Source of the DNA: Ferroglobus placidus DSM 10642
GTDB lineage: Archaea; Halobacteriota; Archaeoglobi; Archaeoglobales; Archaeoglobaceae
DNA length: 32,000 nt
Direction of reading: 5' to 3'
Assembly: GCF_000025505.1 (NCBI RefSeq)
Contig: NC_013849.1
Span: 2,164,267 to 2,196,266, forward strand
In this document: positions 16,328-24,688 of the stretch, piece by piece
How the letters are laid out: each line of letters opens with the position of its first letter
How positions within the stretch are numbered: the stretch's first letter is position 1
Program-made: the position numbers and the translations under genes
The notes under the pieces: model-generated
The model's input: only the letters and a program-made list of their open reading frames with translations
Databases searched by the model: none
What the model was told of the DNA's origin: nothing

Positions 16328-16360
16328 AAGTTGTGAAAATTCGAGAACGATTATAAATGT

Positions 16361-17329
16361 TTGGAGGTGCTGAACGTGGAGGCAATACTCGACATAGAGG
16401 GAGAAAAGAGCGAGGAGAGAGAATTTGACGTAGCAATAATCGGAGCTGGACCAGCAGGACTGACCGCTGCAATATATGCTACAAGGTACGGTCTGAAGAC
16501 GGTTGTCTTCGAAACTGTGGAAGCTTCTCAGCTTTCGTTAGCTCCGAAAATAGAGAATTACCCGGGATTTGAAGGATCCGGATTTGAATTGCTTGAAAGA
16601 ATCAAAAGGCAGGCTTTAAAGTTTGGAGCCGTGCACAAGTTCGAGCACGTGGAGAGGCTTAGAAAAGACGGTGACTACTTCGTCGTAAAAACCGACATGG
16701 CTGAGTATAAAGCGAAAGCTTTGATAATTGCTACCGGAGGAAAGCACAAAGAACTCGGAGTTCCTGGAGAAAAAGAATTCGTCGGGAAGGGTGTTAGCTA
16801 CTGCGCCACTTGCGACGGAAACTTCTTTAGAGGGAAAAGAGTTGCCGTCGTCGGTGGAGGAAATACGGCTGTGACCGATGCGATTTACCTCCACGAAATT
16901 GGTTGCGATGTCGTTTTGATCCACAGAAGAGACGAGTTGAGGGCTGAAAAAGCTTTACAAGAGGAACTTTTCAAAAGGAACATCCCAGTAATATGGGACA
17001 CGGTCGTTCTCAGAATAGAGGGTAACGAGAAGGTCGAAAGGCTCGTCCTCCTCAACAGAAAAACGAATGAAGAGAGCGTTTTAGAAGTGGACGGAGTTTT
17101 CATAGCAGTAGGAATCGTGCCAGCGACAGATATAGTCATGGATCTCGGAGTAGAAAGGGATGCTGCCGGTTACATCAAAGTTGACAAAAGGCAGAGAACA
17201 AACGTTCCCGGTGTTTTTGCCGCTGGCGACTGTTGCGACAATCCTCTAAAACAAGTTGTCACAGCATGTGCCGACGGAGCTATAGCGGCGAACTCGGCTT
17301 TTGAGTACATCAAAATGATGCAACTTTAA
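16361..17329 (+). CDS. trxB: Thioredoxin-disulfide reductase
   Basis: FAD motif VAIIGAGPAGLTAA, redox-active CATCDG, second dinucleotide motif VAVVGGGNTAV, and C-terminal GVFAAGD. TTG start at 16361, with GTG at 16376 as an alternative. Confidence 0.85.
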   Translation: MEVLNVEAILDIEGEKSEEREFDVAIIGAGPAGLTAAIYATRYGLKTVVFETVEASQLSLAPKIENYPGFEGSGFELLERIKRQALKFGAVHKFEHVERLRKDGDYFVVKTDMAEYKAKALIIATGGKHKELGVPGEKEFVGKGVSYCATCDGNFFRGKRVAVVGGGNTAVTDAIYLHEIGCDVVLIHRRDELRAEKALQEELFKRNIPVIWDTVVLRIEGNEKVERLVLLNRKTNEESVLEVDGVFIAVGIVPATDIVMDLGVERDAAGYIKVDKRQRTNVPGVFAAGDCCDNPLKQVVTACADGAIAANSAFEYIKMMQL

Positions 17330-17379
17330 ATTTTTTTGAAACTAAAAAAGTTAAATGGCTTGAAAACCTAATAACTTTA

Positions 17380-17439
17380 GCCGCTGTGATGATTACTCCC
17401 GCTGCTGACACGTGATGATTATTGCGCTATCTGAGCGGC
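17380..17439 (+). ncRNA. Box C/D sRNA (2'-O-methylation guide)
   Basis: GCCGC-T-GTGATGA(C, 17386-17392)-TTACTCCCGCTG-CTGA(D', 17405-17408)-CAC-GTGATGA(C', 17412-17418)-TTATTGCGCTAT-CTGA(D, 17431-17434)-GCGGC. There are two 12-nt guides, a 3-nt D'/C' spacer and a 5-bp terminal stem GCCGC/GCGGC. Confidence 0.85.
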
Positions 17440-17621
17440 TACCATTCTATGCTTATCGCGTTGTTCGGACAGGCTCTCGTGCACGCGCCGCACTCCATGC
17501 AGAGGTCTTCGTTTACCTTAGCCACACCGCCGTCGAGATATATGGCTCCTCCCTTCTCGCTGCAAACTTCCACGCAGGCTCCGCATCCATCGCACTTTGA
17601 AGCGTCAATTACGGCAGGCAT
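17439..17621 (-). CDS. 2x[4Fe-4S] ferredoxin
   Basis: 60 aa with CDGCGACVEVC and CMECGACTRACP. Confidence 0.9.
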   Translation of the reverse strand: MPAVIDASKCDGCGACVEVCSEKGGAIYLDGGVAKVNEDLCMECGACTRACPNNAISIEW

Positions 17622-17725
17622 AATAAAAGCTTACACAACTTGAAATTAAAATTCGAGGGCTTTTTCGGTTTTTACTCAAACGCTCACACCCGATAACCTT
17701 TAAATCTTATCTCACGAATATCCTC

Positions 17726-17783
17726 TGTCGATGATGACGAGCGCGGGTGCTGAAAAGTGATGAAGAGCTGACGGTCTGAGACG
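17726..17783 (+). ncRNA. Box C/D sRNA (2'-O-methylation guide)
   Basis: TGTCG-ATGATGA(C, 17731-17737)-CGAGCGCGGGTG-CTGA(D', 17750-17753)-AAA-GTGATGA(C', 17757-17763)-AGAGCTGACGGT-CTGA(D, 17776-17779)-GACG. There are two 12-nt guides, a 3-nt spacer and a short GTC/GAC terminal pairing. Confidence 0.8.
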
Positions 17784-17829
17784 TTACAATAAAAAATTCC
17801 CTGAGTGAAAAACTAAAAAAGAGTTAAAA

Positions 17830-19014
17830 TCATGGTCTGTAGCTTTTCGGCATTCCGAGAACGTGCTCTCCTATGTAGGCGAGCGCCATCTGCTGCGTTA
17901 CGGGAGCGAGCCTTATCAGGTTTATCTCTCTCCACCACCTTTCGACATCGTATTCTTTAGTGTATCCGTAGCCTCCGAAGGTTTGCATAGCCCAGTAAAC
18001 AGCTCTAATTCCTGCCTCTACTGCCACAACCTTAGCCATGTTGGCAGCGTCACCAACTTCTCTGTAAGAAGCGTTGTTGTCGAACAGCCAAGCAGCTTTC
18101 AGGTTCATCAGTTTTGCACACTCCAGCGTGGCGTAAGCCTCAGCCAAGGGGAACTGCAATCCCTGGTAGCTTCCGATCGGATCCTGAAAGACCTTCCTCT
18201 GCTTGGAATACTCCACAGCCTTGCTAACAGCCAATCTCGCTATGCCTATTGCCGCAGCTGCGAAACTCATCCTCTCAGGATTCAGCGTGTCGAGAATTAG
18301 GTACCACCCCTCGTCTTGCGGAGGAATTAAAGCATTTTCCGGCAATCTCAAATTATTGAAGCTGACTTCACAGGTTTTTGAATAGTTTATTCCGTGTTTT
18401 GGTATGGGGTTTATCTTTACCGCTGGATTTGGCAAGTCAGCTAAGAACAAACTTATTCCGTAAGTTCTCTTCGGAGCCTCCTCTCTTGGAGTCGTTCTTG
18501 CGATTATAAGCATTCCCTTCGCCCTGTCAGCTCCGCTTATGAATATCTTGTTGCCGTTTATCACCCACTCGTCTCCGTCTTTAACTGCCCTCGTCCTTAT
18601 GTTGAGGGTGTTCGTTCCAGCGTCGGGCTCAGTCAGAGCCATGCAGAACTCAAGCTTGCCTTTAGCGATCTTCGGAAGGTACTTTTCCTTTTGCTCTTCA
18701 GTTCCGTGCCTCACAATCGTCAAAGCCCCAAAGACCTCGGTAAGAACGAGATACCACACTCCCCCCATTCCGCAGCCGTTGGCGGCTAACTCCTCCATCG
18801 CTATAAGCAGTTCTGTCATTCCGTACCCGGAGCCCCCGTACTCTTCGGGGATTACTATTCCTACGAAACCGGCATCGCTTATAGCCTTCCAGAACTCCTC
18901 GGCAAACTCTCCCTTCTCGTCCTTTTCCCTCCAGTATTCGGGAGGAAAATCTTTAGCGATATCTCTTGCAGCCTCTGCTATCATCTTCTGATCTTCCGTC
19001 AGTTTAAAGTCCAA
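17830..19014 (-). CDS. Acyl-CoA dehydrogenase
   Basis: About 395 aa from the TTG at 19014, which sits 6 nt behind GGAGGTG. The remaining N-terminal extension of the tracked ORF lies in the 26-nt intergenic gap and overlaps the upstream DUF35 gene, which makes it implausible. ACAD-typical segments: LTEDQKMI.E..R.FA, ALTEP.AGT, G.KIFIS.A, QR..F...I...Q.LQF.LAE, A.MAK....E, QTFGGYGY..EY.VERWWRE. Confidence 0.88.
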   Translation of the reverse strand: MDFKLTEDQKMIAEAARDIAKDFPPEYWREKDEKGEFAEEFWKAISDAGFVGIVIPEEYGGSGYGMTELLIAMEELAANGCGMGGVWYLVLTEVFGALTIVRHGTEEQKEKYLPKIAKGKLEFCMALTEPDAGTNTLNIRTRAVKDGDEWVINGNKIFISGADRAKGMLIIARTTPREEAPKRTYGISLFLADLPNPAVKINPIPKHGINYSKTCEVSFNNLRLPENALIPPQDEGWYLILDTLNPERMSFAAAAIGIARLAVSKAVEYSKQRKVFQDPIGSYQGLQFPLAEAYATLECAKLMNLKAAWLFDNNASYREVGDAANMAKVVAVEAGIRAVYWAMQTFGGYGYTKEYDVERWWREINLIRLAPVTQQMALAYIGEHVLGMPKSYRP

Positions 19015-19040
19015 ATCAATCACCTCCAAAAAATAGAAAA

Positions 19041-19511
19041 TTAGGCTGGTTTGAAGTAAAGAATGTCCGTAATCTTTCCTTCTCTCTCTTCCTTCGGCTT
19101 TAGAACCGGTTTGACTTTCATTCCAACGCAAACGTCTTCGGGATTCACTTCTCCGAGCAGGTGAATTATTCTTCCGTTTGTTCCGTCCATCTCTATGAGA
19201 GCGTAGATTTCCGGTTTTTCGAGCTTCTCTCCGTTTTTATCGTAGTACGCCACAGCAAAAGCCGCAACGCATCCCTCTCCGCTCACTTCCACGTATTCCG
19301 TCTCGCTAAAGTCGAACTCGCAGTAGATCCTCGGAGGGAAGAATACGTGCCCGCATTTTTTACATTTGGCGGCTGTAAACTTCCCCTCATCCCTCAGCTT
19401 TTTGAAAAAGTAATCTCCAGCTTCTCCGCTCGTGTAAACCCAGTAAAGCTCTATCTTACCTTCCACGTGCTTCAGCTCTCGAGGATCGATAATTTTTTCG
19501 GTAAAAACCAT
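19041..19511 (-). CDS. DUF35 OB-fold/Zn-ribbon protein (degenerate ribbon)
   Basis: 156 aa. F..L...GKF.AAKCKKCGHVFFPPRIYC is followed by an OB-fold segment ending GMKVKPVLKP....GKITDILYFKP. Only 3 of the 4 ribbon Cys are present (CKKC...C-EFD). Confidence 0.8.
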   Translation of the reverse strand: MVFTEKIIDPRELKHVEGKIELYWVYTSGEAGDYFFKKLRDEGKFTAAKCKKCGHVFFPPRIYCEFDFSETEYVEVSGEGCVAAFAVAYYDKNGEKLEKPEIYALIEMDGTNGRIIHLLGEVNPEDVCVGMKVKPVLKPKEEREGKITDILYFKPA

Positions 19512-19516
19512 TCACA

Positions 19517-20053
19517 TCACCCCTCTATCGGCTTCCAGTACTTTATATCCGTTATCGCTCCCTCCCTCTCCTCTTCGGGCTTCCAGACCGCCTTTACTTT
19601 CATTCCGATGTAAACCTTGTCCGGCTCGACCTCGCCGAGTTTATGTAGAATTCCCATGTGTGGAGAGGCTCCGTCTATAGCTATAACTGCCACAATTTCC
19701 GGCTCTTCTAAAGGTCTCGCGTCTGGATCGATGTAGGAGATCGAGAAGGTCTCAACAACTCCGGTGTCTTTAAGCTCGACCCACTCGTTTATAGGTTTGA
19801 AACAAAGCTCGCAGAATTCCCTTGGAGGAACCATAACCCTTCCGCACTTGTTGCACTTTACTCCGAGAATCTTTCCCTCCTTCAACCCCTTGAGGAACTT
19901 GCTGATAGCCTGTCCGGCTGTAAAGGAATAGCGAATGTCAGGGTGATCTTCCACGTACGTTATCGTCTTCTTCTCGAAATCCTCCGCTTCGAGCTCTCTC
20001 CCCTTAACGTAAGGAGGACAGCTAATATCCTTCTTACCTACCGCCAACTCCAT
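19517..20053 (-). CDS. DUF35 OB-fold/Zn-ribbon protein
   Basis: About 178 aa from the ATG at 20053, which forms a TGATG overlap with the upstream stop. The full ribbon is CNKCGRVMVPPREFCELC. The OB-fold tail is GMKVKAVWKPEEEREGAITDIKYWKP. Confidence 0.8.
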   Translation of the reverse strand: MELAVGKKDISCPPYVKGRELEAEDFEKKTITYVEDHPDIRYSFTAGQAISKFLKGLKEGKILGVKCNKCGRVMVPPREFCELCFKPINEWVELKDTGVVETFSISYIDPDARPLEEPEIVAVIAIDGASPHMGILHKLGEVEPDKVYIGMKVKAVWKPEEEREGAITDIKYWKPIEG

Positions 20054-21261
20054 CACCTCTTGTTTGATAAAACCATAACGGTTCCAACCTGCATCAAATC
20101 TCCCCAAGCCTGAGCGACTCCCGTTGTGACTTCCTTCGGAACCTGCCTCTTTCCAGCTCTGTAGGCGAGCTGCCAGTAGATTTCCGCTACTTTAACTCCC
20201 ATTGTCGCAGCTATCGGGTTTCCTACTCCAAGCAGTCCTCCAGATGGGCAAACAGGAAGATCACCGTCTCTTGCCGTGACTCCCTCTCTCGTTAAGATGG
20301 GTGCCTCACCCTTCTTAGCCAAGCCTAACCCTTCCATGTGGTGCAACTCCTTGTAATCGAAGGGATCGTAGGGCTCAGCCACGTCGATTTCCTTCCTCGG
20401 ATCGGTTATGTGAGCCATCTTGTAAGCCATTTTCGCAGCCTCAGCCACGTACCTCGGGAAGTAGAGGTCTCTGTTCGTCCACCACGTTGTGTCCAAACTC
20501 CAGCCAACTCCTGCCACCCAAACCGGCTCGTCCGTGAGTTGTCTCGCTATGTGGGGAGCGACCATTATCAAAGCAGACGCTCCGTCGCTCGGCGGAGAAA
20601 CGTCGAGTCTTCTCACCGGCAAAGCCATCGGCTCGCTGTTGAGTACGTCTTCAACGGTTATCTTGGCTGCAAGCTGTGCAGCCGGATGGTCTAAAGCGTT
20701 TGCCTTGTTCTTTACGGAAACGAGAGCTATATCTTCATGCTTTATGTTGTGGACGTGCATGTACCTCCTCATTTCCAGAGCGAATATCCAGATGAGGTTC
20801 GGTTTTAGCGGACGATCGAGAATTGGATCCCAGATGTACTTGAAAGCCGACTGCGGATGCGGATGGGAAGAGCTCATCTTCTCTTCGGTAACAACCAAGC
20901 AAACGTCGGCAAGACCGCTTGCAACGTGCCAGTAGCCGGCGATAGGAGCGAATACTCCAGTGCCTCCTCCTACGAAAACTCTCATGTATGGCTTGTTGCT
21001 TCCTCCAGCTCCGTCGAGCAGGTATTCTCCCTTCATGTGCACACCGTCAAAGGCATCTGGAGCTGAACCCATTACAACCATGTCTATGTCGCTGATGTCC
21101 AAGCCAGCTTCTTCCAAAGCCTGCTTTACAGCATAGTAACTAAGCTCTTTTCCAGTCTCGTTAAGCCTCCTTCTGAATATCGTCATTCCCGCTCCAACTA
21201 TCGCGACATCCTGCTTTTTGTGGTACTTCAAACCCTTAACCTTCTCAACTATCATGACCAT
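20053..21261 (-). CDS. Thiolase-fold (SCP-x/lipid-transfer-protein-like) protein 2, apparently lacking canonical catalytic residues
   Basis: About 402 aa from the ATG at 21261 (TGATG overlap). The thiolase-like layout is VAIVGAGMT...VMGSAP...VASGLADVCLVVTEEKM...SGGLLGVGNPIAATMG. The position of the nucleophilic Cys (ACASG) reads GGGTG, and the GHP His reads GNP. Confidence 0.8.
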   Translation of the reverse strand: MVMIVEKVKGLKYHKKQDVAIVGAGMTIFRRRLNETGKELSYYAVKQALEEAGLDISDIDMVVMGSAPDAFDGVHMKGEYLLDGAGGSNKPYMRVFVGGGTGVFAPIAGYWHVASGLADVCLVVTEEKMSSSHPHPQSAFKYIWDPILDRPLKPNLIWIFALEMRRYMHVHNIKHEDIALVSVKNKANALDHPAAQLAAKITVEDVLNSEPMALPVRRLDVSPPSDGASALIMVAPHIARQLTDEPVWVAGVGWSLDTTWWTNRDLYFPRYVAEAAKMAYKMAHITDPRKEIDVAEPYDPFDYKELHHMEGLGLAKKGEAPILTREGVTARDGDLPVCPSGGLLGVGNPIAATMGVKVAEIYWQLAYRAGKRQVPKEVTTGVAQAWGDLMQVGTVMVLSNKR

Positions 21262-22403
21262 CACCTCGAAAATACAGCCACAGCTCCGGTAGCGGTAGGA
21301 ATGTATCTCCAAGACATAGCCACGCCAACCTCAGCGTCAACCTGCCTTCTTCCAGCTTCCCCTCTCAGCTGCAAAACGACCTCCAAAGCTTTTTGCCCGC
21401 CGGTAGCTTCAAGGAGATTTCCAACGCTGAGATTTCCTCCAGAAACGTTCACCGGCAATTCTCCTTTTCTGTCGAAGTAACCGCTCTTCATCAATTCCTC
21501 CACTTCTCCCTTCTTAGCCAAACCGAGAGCTTCGATGTGCTGAACTTCTTTGTAGGCAAACCTGTCGTCAACCTCTGCAAGCTGAATTTCTTTATCCGGC
21601 TTAGTTATTCCAGCCATCTTGTAAGCCATTTCGGCAGCCTTCTTTGCATAAGCCGCTTCAAAGCTCATCGTGTCGTAATTGCTTGTTTCGCTCCACCAGC
21701 CAATTCCGTTAATCCATATCGGATCGTCTCTAAGCTCCTTAGCAACCTGCTCGTTAGCCAAAACGAAAACAATAGCTCCGTCGCTCCTCTCAGCAATTTC
21801 GAGCTTTCTCAACGGATAGAAGGCTGCTTCGCTGCTCAAAACATCTTCGACGCTTACATTAGCTGAGTACGGAGCGTCTTTGTTCAGCCTTCCGTGCTTC
21901 TTGTTCTTTACAACAACTTCAGCGAAAAGCTCGTCGCTGTAGCCTCTTCTGCTCATGTAGTATGATTTTTCGAGGGCGGCGAAGTAGTAAGGATGAGCCT
22001 TTCCGATCGGTCTCAGCCATATCGGGTCGAACGCAAACTTAATGACTTCTCCGAAAGTCACTATGTCGCTCGCTTTGCTGTGAGCTTCTACAACAGCTAT
22101 CTCAGCCAGTCCGCTCTTTATTATCATGTACGCGTTGGCGATTCCGTGGAGAAAATCGGCAGTCACGGTGAACGTTGGCTTCAGCACCGCACCAAGCTGA
22201 TCTGGCACGAACTCGTCGAAAATTGCGAAGCCCTCCCAGAAGTCTTCCGCGCACGTGACGAAGCTGTCGACGTCCTTTCTTGGATTTATCCCTGCATCTT
22301 CGTAAGCTCTGACTGCAGCTTCGTACATTATCTCTTTCCAGCTTAAATCCGGCGTATTTGCGTTAAAACCGGAGTAGCCAACGCCTACGACAGCTACTCT
22401 CAT
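21261..22403 (-). CDS. Thiolase-fold (SCP-x/lipid-transfer-protein-like) protein 1, apparently lacking canonical catalytic residues
   Basis: 380 aa. The layout is VAVVGVGYS...IKSGLAEIAVVEAHSK...SGGNLSVGNLLEATGG...LQLRGEAGRRQV. The nucleophile position reads VTADF with no Cys nearby, and the GHP His reads GNL. Confidence 0.8.
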   Translation of the reverse strand: MRVAVVGVGYSGFNANTPDLSWKEIMYEAAVRAYEDAGINPRKDVDSFVTCAEDFWEGFAIFDEFVPDQLGAVLKPTFTVTADFLHGIANAYMIIKSGLAEIAVVEAHSKASDIVTFGEVIKFAFDPIWLRPIGKAHPYYFAALEKSYYMSRRGYSDELFAEVVVKNKKHGRLNKDAPYSANVSVEDVLSSEAAFYPLRKLEIAERSDGAIVFVLANEQVAKELRDDPIWINGIGWWSETSNYDTMSFEAAYAKKAAEMAYKMAGITKPDKEIQLAEVDDRFAYKEVQHIEALGLAKKGEVEELMKSGYFDRKGELPVNVSGGNLSVGNLLEATGGQKALEVVLQLRGEAGRRQVDAEVGVAMSWRYIPTATGAVAVFSR

Positions 22404-22426
22404 TTTGTTTCACCAGTTTCAGCTTT

Positions 22427-22437
22427 ACTTACGCACT
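22427..22437. promoter_or_regulatory. Copy 1 of an 11-nt motif (ACTTACGCACT) abutting the TATA-like box of the leftward operon
   Basis: ACTTACGCACT is directly followed by ATTTAAAA (22438-22445). The motif lies between that TATA-like element and the ATG at 22403 on the minus strand. Confidence 0.3.
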
Positions 22438-22595
22438 ATTTAAAATTTTCTTTTTTATTCATTTCAAATTTTATGAACTCCAATATAAATTTTTTTAATT
22501 ATTAAACATTCCCGTAAAGCTTTTGCCTATTCGATATCAAAAATCCTGACAAATTTAAGCCGGCTTCAAATAAATTTTTGACAAAGCTTAAATAA

Positions 22596-22606
22596 ACTAA
22601 CGCACT
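22596..22606. promoter_or_regulatory. Copy 2 of the motif (ACTAACGCACT) abutting the TATA-like box of the rightward operon
   Basis: TTAAATAA (22587-22594), then one A, then ACTAACGCACT. The motif lies between the TATA-like element and the ATG at 22640, and 10 of 11 positions are identical to copy 1. Confidence 0.3.
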
Positions 22607-22639
22607 TCTGCTTTCTGTAAAACTTCTGGAGGGGGCAAA

Positions 22640-24199
22640 ATGTCAAGGCTTCAAGAGCATCCGATAGTTGATTTTAAGAGGGGCAAGGAAGTCACAATTT
22701 ATTTCAACGGAAAGCCGATAAAAGCTTATGAGGGTGAAACTGTAGCTGCAGCGTTGTATGCTGCCGGAATTCGTGTTTTTAGCAGATCTTTCAGATTTCA
22801 CAGACCTCGTGGATTCTTCTGCGCTATAGGAAAGTGTTCGGCTTGCATGATGGAAGTAGATGGAATACCAAACGTCAGAATATGCAAAGTTTACGTGAGA
22901 GACGGAATGCAGATAAGGACGCAGAACGCGTATCCTTCAGCGGAAAACGACGCTTTAGCGATTTTCGACAGGATAATAGACAGATTCTTTCCCCACGGCT
23001 CACACTACAAGAAGTTCACGAGCTCCAAAACGCTAAGGGAAATAGCGACGAAGCAAATGAGGAAAATAGCCGGAATAGGTGAGTTTCCAAAAGCTCTGCC
23101 GAAAGAAGAGGCGGACTACGAAGAGATTAATGCGGACATAGCGATAGTGGGCGGAGGTCCTGCTGGTTTATCAGCTGCAATTTACGCTGGAAGGCTCGGA
23201 GCGAAAGTTGTTCTGATGGACGAAAATCCGTACTTAGGCGGACAGCTGATAAAGCAGACACACAGATTCTTCGGTAGCGGAGAGCACTATGCCGGAACGA
23301 GAGGAATAAGGATCGCGGAAATTTTAACGAAAGAGGTAAAAGAAATTGAGAACGTGGATGTTAGGACCGAGACGAAAGTTTTCGGAATTTACGGGAAAAC
23401 CGTTGCGGCTGTCGAAAAAGATAGAAAGCTCCTGAAGGTCAACGCTAAAAAGATTGTTATTGCAACCGGAGCTTATGAAAGAACCTTAATCTTTGAAAAC
23501 AACGATCTTCCCGGAGTTTACGGAGCTGGAGGAGTTCAGACGTTAATGAACGTTTACGGAGTAAAGCCCGGAAATAGAGGGTTAATCGTCGGTTCTGGAA
23601 ATGTAGGACTTATTCTCAGCTATCAGCTCTTGCAGGCTGGCGTTGATGTTGCAGCTATCGTCGAGGCTATGCCGTTCGTTGGAGGGTACTTCGTTCATGC
23701 TGCAAAAGTGAGGAGACTCGGAGTTCCCATTTACACGAGACACACGATTCTGAAGGCTCTCGGAGAAAAGAAGGTGGAAAGAGCAATAATTGTTGAGCTG
23801 GATGAAAATTGGAGACCGATCGAGGGAACGGAGAAGGAGATAGAGTGCGACTTCATCTGCGTGGCTGTAGGTTTGTCTCCAGCTCACGAATTACTTTACC
23901 AAGCCGGATGCGAAATGAAATTCGTCCCCGAGCTTGGAGGTTTGGTACCAGTTAGAAACAAGTACGGAGAAACTACTGCAGAAGGAGTTTACGTTGCCGG
24001 AGACGTGGCGGGAATCGAGGAAGCTACGGCGGCAATGATGGAGGGTAGAATTGCCGGGCTTGATGCTGCGATAAAGCTTGGATACGGGGATGAAGAGGCG
24101 GTAAAGCTAAGAGATAAGATAGTGGGAGAACTCGAAGAGTTTAGAAGGGGACCTTTCGGTGAGAGGATTCTCAGAGGTTTGGAGAAGGTGGTGAGGTGA
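22640..24199 (+). CDS. Alpha subunit of a sarcosine-oxidase/L-proline-dehydrogenase-type complex: N-terminal [2Fe-2S] domain plus FAD/NAD(P) oxidoreductase
   Basis: The SoxA/HcnA-like N-terminus is G.PI.AYEGETVAAAL.A.GIR....S....RPRGFFCAIGKCSACMMEVDG.PNVRIC. Next come IAIVGGGPAGLSAA and a second Rossmann motif, LIVGSGNVGL. 519 aa. Confidence 0.8.
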   Translation: MSRLQEHPIVDFKRGKEVTIYFNGKPIKAYEGETVAAALYAAGIRVFSRSFRFHRPRGFFCAIGKCSACMMEVDGIPNVRICKVYVRDGMQIRTQNAYPSAENDALAIFDRIIDRFFPHGSHYKKFTSSKTLREIATKQMRKIAGIGEFPKALPKEEADYEEINADIAIVGGGPAGLSAAIYAGRLGAKVVLMDENPYLGGQLIKQTHRFFGSGEHYAGTRGIRIAEILTKEVKEIENVDVRTETKVFGIYGKTVAAVEKDRKLLKVNAKKIVIATGAYERTLIFENNDLPGVYGAGGVQTLMNVYGVKPGNRGLIVGSGNVGLILSYQLLQAGVDVAAIVEAMPFVGGYFVHAAKVRRLGVPIYTRHTILKALGEKKVERAIIVELDENWRPIEGTEKEIECDFICVAVGLSPAHELLYQAGCEMKFVPELGGLVPVRNKYGETTAEGVYVAGDVAGIEEATAAMMEGRIAGLDAAIKLGYGDEEAVKLRDKIVGELEEFRRGPFGERILRGLEKVVR

Positions 24200-24688
24200 A
24201 TGCAGGAGTTTTGCAAGAGGGGGTATTTGATTGAAGAAGAACTTCCAGAACCGCCAAGCGAAGAAAGGCTGAGAGATAAAAGACCCGTGGCTTACATAGA
24301 ATGCCCTCAGAGAATTCCCTGCTCACCTTGTAAAGAAGCTTGCAGGTTCGATGCTGTGATAATGGAGACGATAAACGACACTCCGAAAGTGGATTACGAG
24401 AAGTGTACCGGATGCATGGCTTGCATAAGAGTTTGCCCCGGCTTAGCAATTTTCATGCTCCAAATTAAGGACGATAAGGGTTACGTTACCTTGCAGTACG
24501 AATTCCTGCCCTGGCTGAAAAAGGGAGACAGAGTGCTCGTTTTGAACAGAAAAGGGGAAGTGATAGGAGAGGGAGTAATAGCGTGGGCTTTGAATCCGGA
24601 AAGGAACGACAGAACTCAGCTCGTAACGGTTGAAGTCGATAAAGATCTGATTTTTGAGGCGAGAGCGGTTAAGAAGGTGGTAGAATGA
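24200..24688 (+). CDS. Ferredoxin-like gamma subunit ([4Fe-4S]-binding)
   Basis: 162 aa with CPQRIPCSPCKEACRFDAV and the canonical CTGCMACIRVCPGLAI. It starts immediately after the alpha stop (TGAATG). Confidence 0.7.
   Translation: MQEFCKRGYLIEEELPEPPSEERLRDKRPVAYIECPQRIPCSPCKEACRFDAVIMETINDTPKVDYEKCTGCMACIRVCPGLAIFMLQIKDDKGYVTLQYEFLPWLKKGDRVLVLNRKGEVIGEGVIAWALNPERNDRTQLVTVEVDKDLIFEARAVKKVVE

Noticed and set aside
19015-19131. N-terminal extension of the acyl-CoA dehydrogenase ORF (and similar extensions at 21262-21312, 20054-20107, 31535-31810 and 9311-9385)
   Set aside because: The extensions overlap the upstream gene or the intergenic promoter. They lack family similarity. Each is superseded by an internal start with a GGAGGTG-type ribosome-binding site or a TGATG stop/start overlap.
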